In this document: in pieces, positions 61,392 through 64,000 of the stretch | How positions within the stretch are numbered: position 1 is the first letter of the stretch | How the letters are laid out: each line of letters opens with the position of its first letter | NCBI RefSeq assembly: GCF_002113885.1 | Contig: NW_018408869.1 | Span: forward strand, 226,577-290,576 | Origin: Mizuhopecten yessoensis | Lineage: Eukaryota | Reading direction: 5' to 3' | DNA: 64,000 nt | The notes under the pieces: generated by a model | What the model was told of the DNA's origin: nothing | The model's database searches: none | The model's input: the letters and a program-made list of their open reading frames with translations, nothing else | Made by a program: the position numbers and the translations under genes

Positions 61392-62204
61392 GTGACCTTT
61401 ACCATTGAGAAGTGTTCACATTTTGACCCTTAAACTGAGCATGATGTGGCCATTTTTATGTTGGCAATAGTCCTGAAATCTAGATATCCAATTTATCTAT
61501 AATCTATATAATCTATTAATAACTATTCGCATATGGATATTTTCAAGCTAATATACCCAACACAACACCAAACATTTCAGCACCAGGAAAATTTTCACTT
61601 TTATGGTAAAACAATTTATATATCTTCAGAATTATCTTTTGCTTAAACAGTGAAGTTAGGATATATTTCATTCAAAATATTTGCAGAAACCATTGAATGA
61701 AGATTGCAATATGCATGTATCTTCTGATTTGATGATCACATATATGTTTTACCATTTTATCCATTGGATATATGATATTAGTTTTTTACCCGACCTAGAA
61801 TATAAGCCAGAAAATAACCTCTGGTCTATTACTGCACACCCCACCTCTGATGAGTCACACATAGTTATGAGACTGATTGGATATGGTATGACAGAACGAC
61901 TCTTCCCAGTCACTCTTATTATTTTTTCATTCTCTTTTCGGAATAATCCAAACTGGCTGCATCAGCTGCAGACATCACGTTGCCTTAGAGTTCAAGCACA
62001 TGCAACTATCAACAGCTTTTAAACAAAACAGTTGTTCACTCTGCAATTGTCACTTTATTCCTGTAATCTTATAACACTAGCCTAGCTAGCCATACATGTA
62101 GAACTGGTACTCTACATGGAGGACATTTCTATGTGTAAAATGTCCTGGGGTTTATATAAACTTTATTTATATTACAACAATTAAAACAAGTTATTTCATC
62201 TTAT

Positions 62205-62436
62205 ATTATTTTAATCACTCCTGTTGGCCCAGATGTTAGTTCGCATGGGGGAGTGGGGGTGTCTTATCGTGATATCCAAAAGGACGTTGCTTATTACGAA
62301 CCAGAAACCGAAGTACCTGGAGAAAACCCACATGGTCAGGCAGGTTACCCCATACCTTTTCACATCTGATTGGAGAATGAAACCCCGGCCGCCTTGTTGA
62401 AAGGCAAGTGTGCCATCCACAGCACCACCTGACCAC
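62205..62436 (-). mobile_element. tRNA-derived SINE with V-type central domain
   Basis: Minus strand has a degenerate A/B-box head, then GTGGGTTTTCTCCAGGTACTTCGGTTTC (V-domain-like), then an AT-rich tail. Confidence 0.65.
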
Positions 62437-62509
62437 GTGTGTGGGTTTAATGTCTTTACAACAACCAGGGTCATATGGGGACCGCAGTATTATCATAGAT
62501 GCCCACATA

Positions 62510-62850
62510 AAACTCCATAGCAACAGCATTACATTGTGCAATAACAATGATATGCACAACATATATACAGTTTGTACTCTTCACAGAGTTCAAATCTTTG
62601 TACGTCAAACACGACTTCTCTGCCCATGCAAACTCTATAACAATGACATGCATAACATATATACAGTTTGTACTCTTCACAGAGTTCAAGTCTTTGTACG
62701 TCAAACACGACTTCTCTTCCGATGCAAACTCCATAACAATGACATGCACAACACATATACAGTTTGTACTCTTCACAGAGTTCAAGTCTTTGTATGTCAA
62801 ACACGGTTTCTCTGCGCATGCAAAGTCCATAGCAACATCATGTCCTTGTG
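62510..62850 (+). repeat. Tandem repeat, 96-bp unit, ~3.3 copies
   Basis: AACAATGA recurs at 62543, 62639 and 62735. Confidence 0.9.
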
Positions 62851-64000
62851 CAATTACATATAACATGCAACATTCACATTTCCTGTATACAGTAAATAAA
62901 GTTGATACTCTACAAATAAAAAATTAAAATCCAAATTTTTTAACATCAAGCATGACCTCTATACCTATATAAACTCGAGGGTATGAACATTATATAAATG
63001 ATCTATATTATCATTTTTTTGTGGATTATAACACAAATTAACACTTGCTTTGTCAGTTTCAAACATTAATGTATTTATTCAGAGATAAGTCCATTTCTGG
63101 TAATAAGCCCATCCATATCTTTGGCAGTTCTGGAGAAATGCCAACAATTGCTTTTGTATTGTACTGTAATAAGCCCACCCCCTTAATTTGAGCCAGAGAT
63201 CATCTGTTAGACTCTCTGGGCTTATTGCAGGATACATATGGTAAGACACAAGTGCTTGAATCGATTGGCCCCTTACCCATGAAATACTCTACAGCGTGAA
63301 CAAGATTACTGCTATAAAATATTGAATACATGTTTAAGATGGTAAATTTATTTTGGGATGCAGGAACCTGACAAGTAAAGCACCTGTATAGAGCTGAAGA
63401 TCATGTAAGATTGGAAATTGTTGCTGTGTATTCACTTTCACATTCCTGTTATGATTTCAAGGGATCCACTAATGTTAGTACAGCAAATATATAAATAATT
63501 TAACTGACTAAAGATAAAAATGTAAGAGCAGATTGAAAAAATTGTATCTGGGAAATAGTTTGAAAATATGTGAAAGAAAGTAAACAGGAATGCTTTAGGT
63601 TATACTGTACTAACCTAACTTCATTTCTAAACCGAATTTGATGAAACTTCATGCAAGTGTTTGGTATGGCAATGCTTTGAAAGAGTTTGGGTTTATACGT
63701 TGAAGGTCATGGTCACTGTTACTAAAAAAAAAAAACTTCTTGTCATCGCTCTACCAAGGGGAAATTCATGAAACTTGATACAAGTGTTTGTTATGACAAC
63801 GCATTGAACAAGATTGCATTTTGGGTTCTTCGTTGAAGGTCAATGTCACTGAACATTACTATTTTTGAAAAAAAACTTTGTCATCGCTCTGGCGATTTTA
63901 TTACTGAACGGAATTTTATGAAACTTCATACAAGTGTTTGGTTTGTCAATGTCATGAACAAGTTGTTGTTTCGTTTTTAATATTTTTAGAAAAAACATTG

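Noticed and set aside
62408-62927. Four overlapping Cys/His-rich ORFs
   Set aside because: A 96-bp tandem repeat that is open in several frames. No recognisable domain.

Overview
AT-rich, intron-rich eukaryotic (animal) DNA with two assembly gaps (100-805, 26085-26210). The repeat landscape (Helentron/HINE-like elements, V-SINE, CR1/L2 LINE remnants, Kolobok/hAT MITEs) suggests a bivalve mollusc, which is an inference. Five spliced protein-coding genes were reconstructed by hand from GT-AG boundaries and reading frame: MAPRE/EB1 (minus, 5' part only, several candidate alternative leader exons), PSMB2 (plus, complete, 201 aa, head-to-head with MAPRE), RCL1 (minus, complete, 377 aa, one U12-type intron), an SMPDL3-family acid sphingomyelinase-like phosphodiesterase (minus, complete, 506 aa, with a C-terminal transmembrane helix) and nardilysin NRDC (plus, 5' part only). 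The most striking non-genic structure is a 423-bp miniature LTR retroelement (TRIM) at 41743-42165. Its two identical 159-bp LTRs each carry a tRNA-Thr-derived Pol III promoter, with a tRNA-Lys-type PBS and a PPT between them. An older copy with nested insertions and a second, different tRNA-LTR family also occur in the window. Other notable items are a candidate 116-codon alternative N-terminal exon of EB1 with an internally repeated basic W-motif, a solo LTR with a decayed internal ORF, and many MITEs with readable target-site duplications (TSDs). Most entries in the ORF track are spurious (repeats, gaps, antisense frames).
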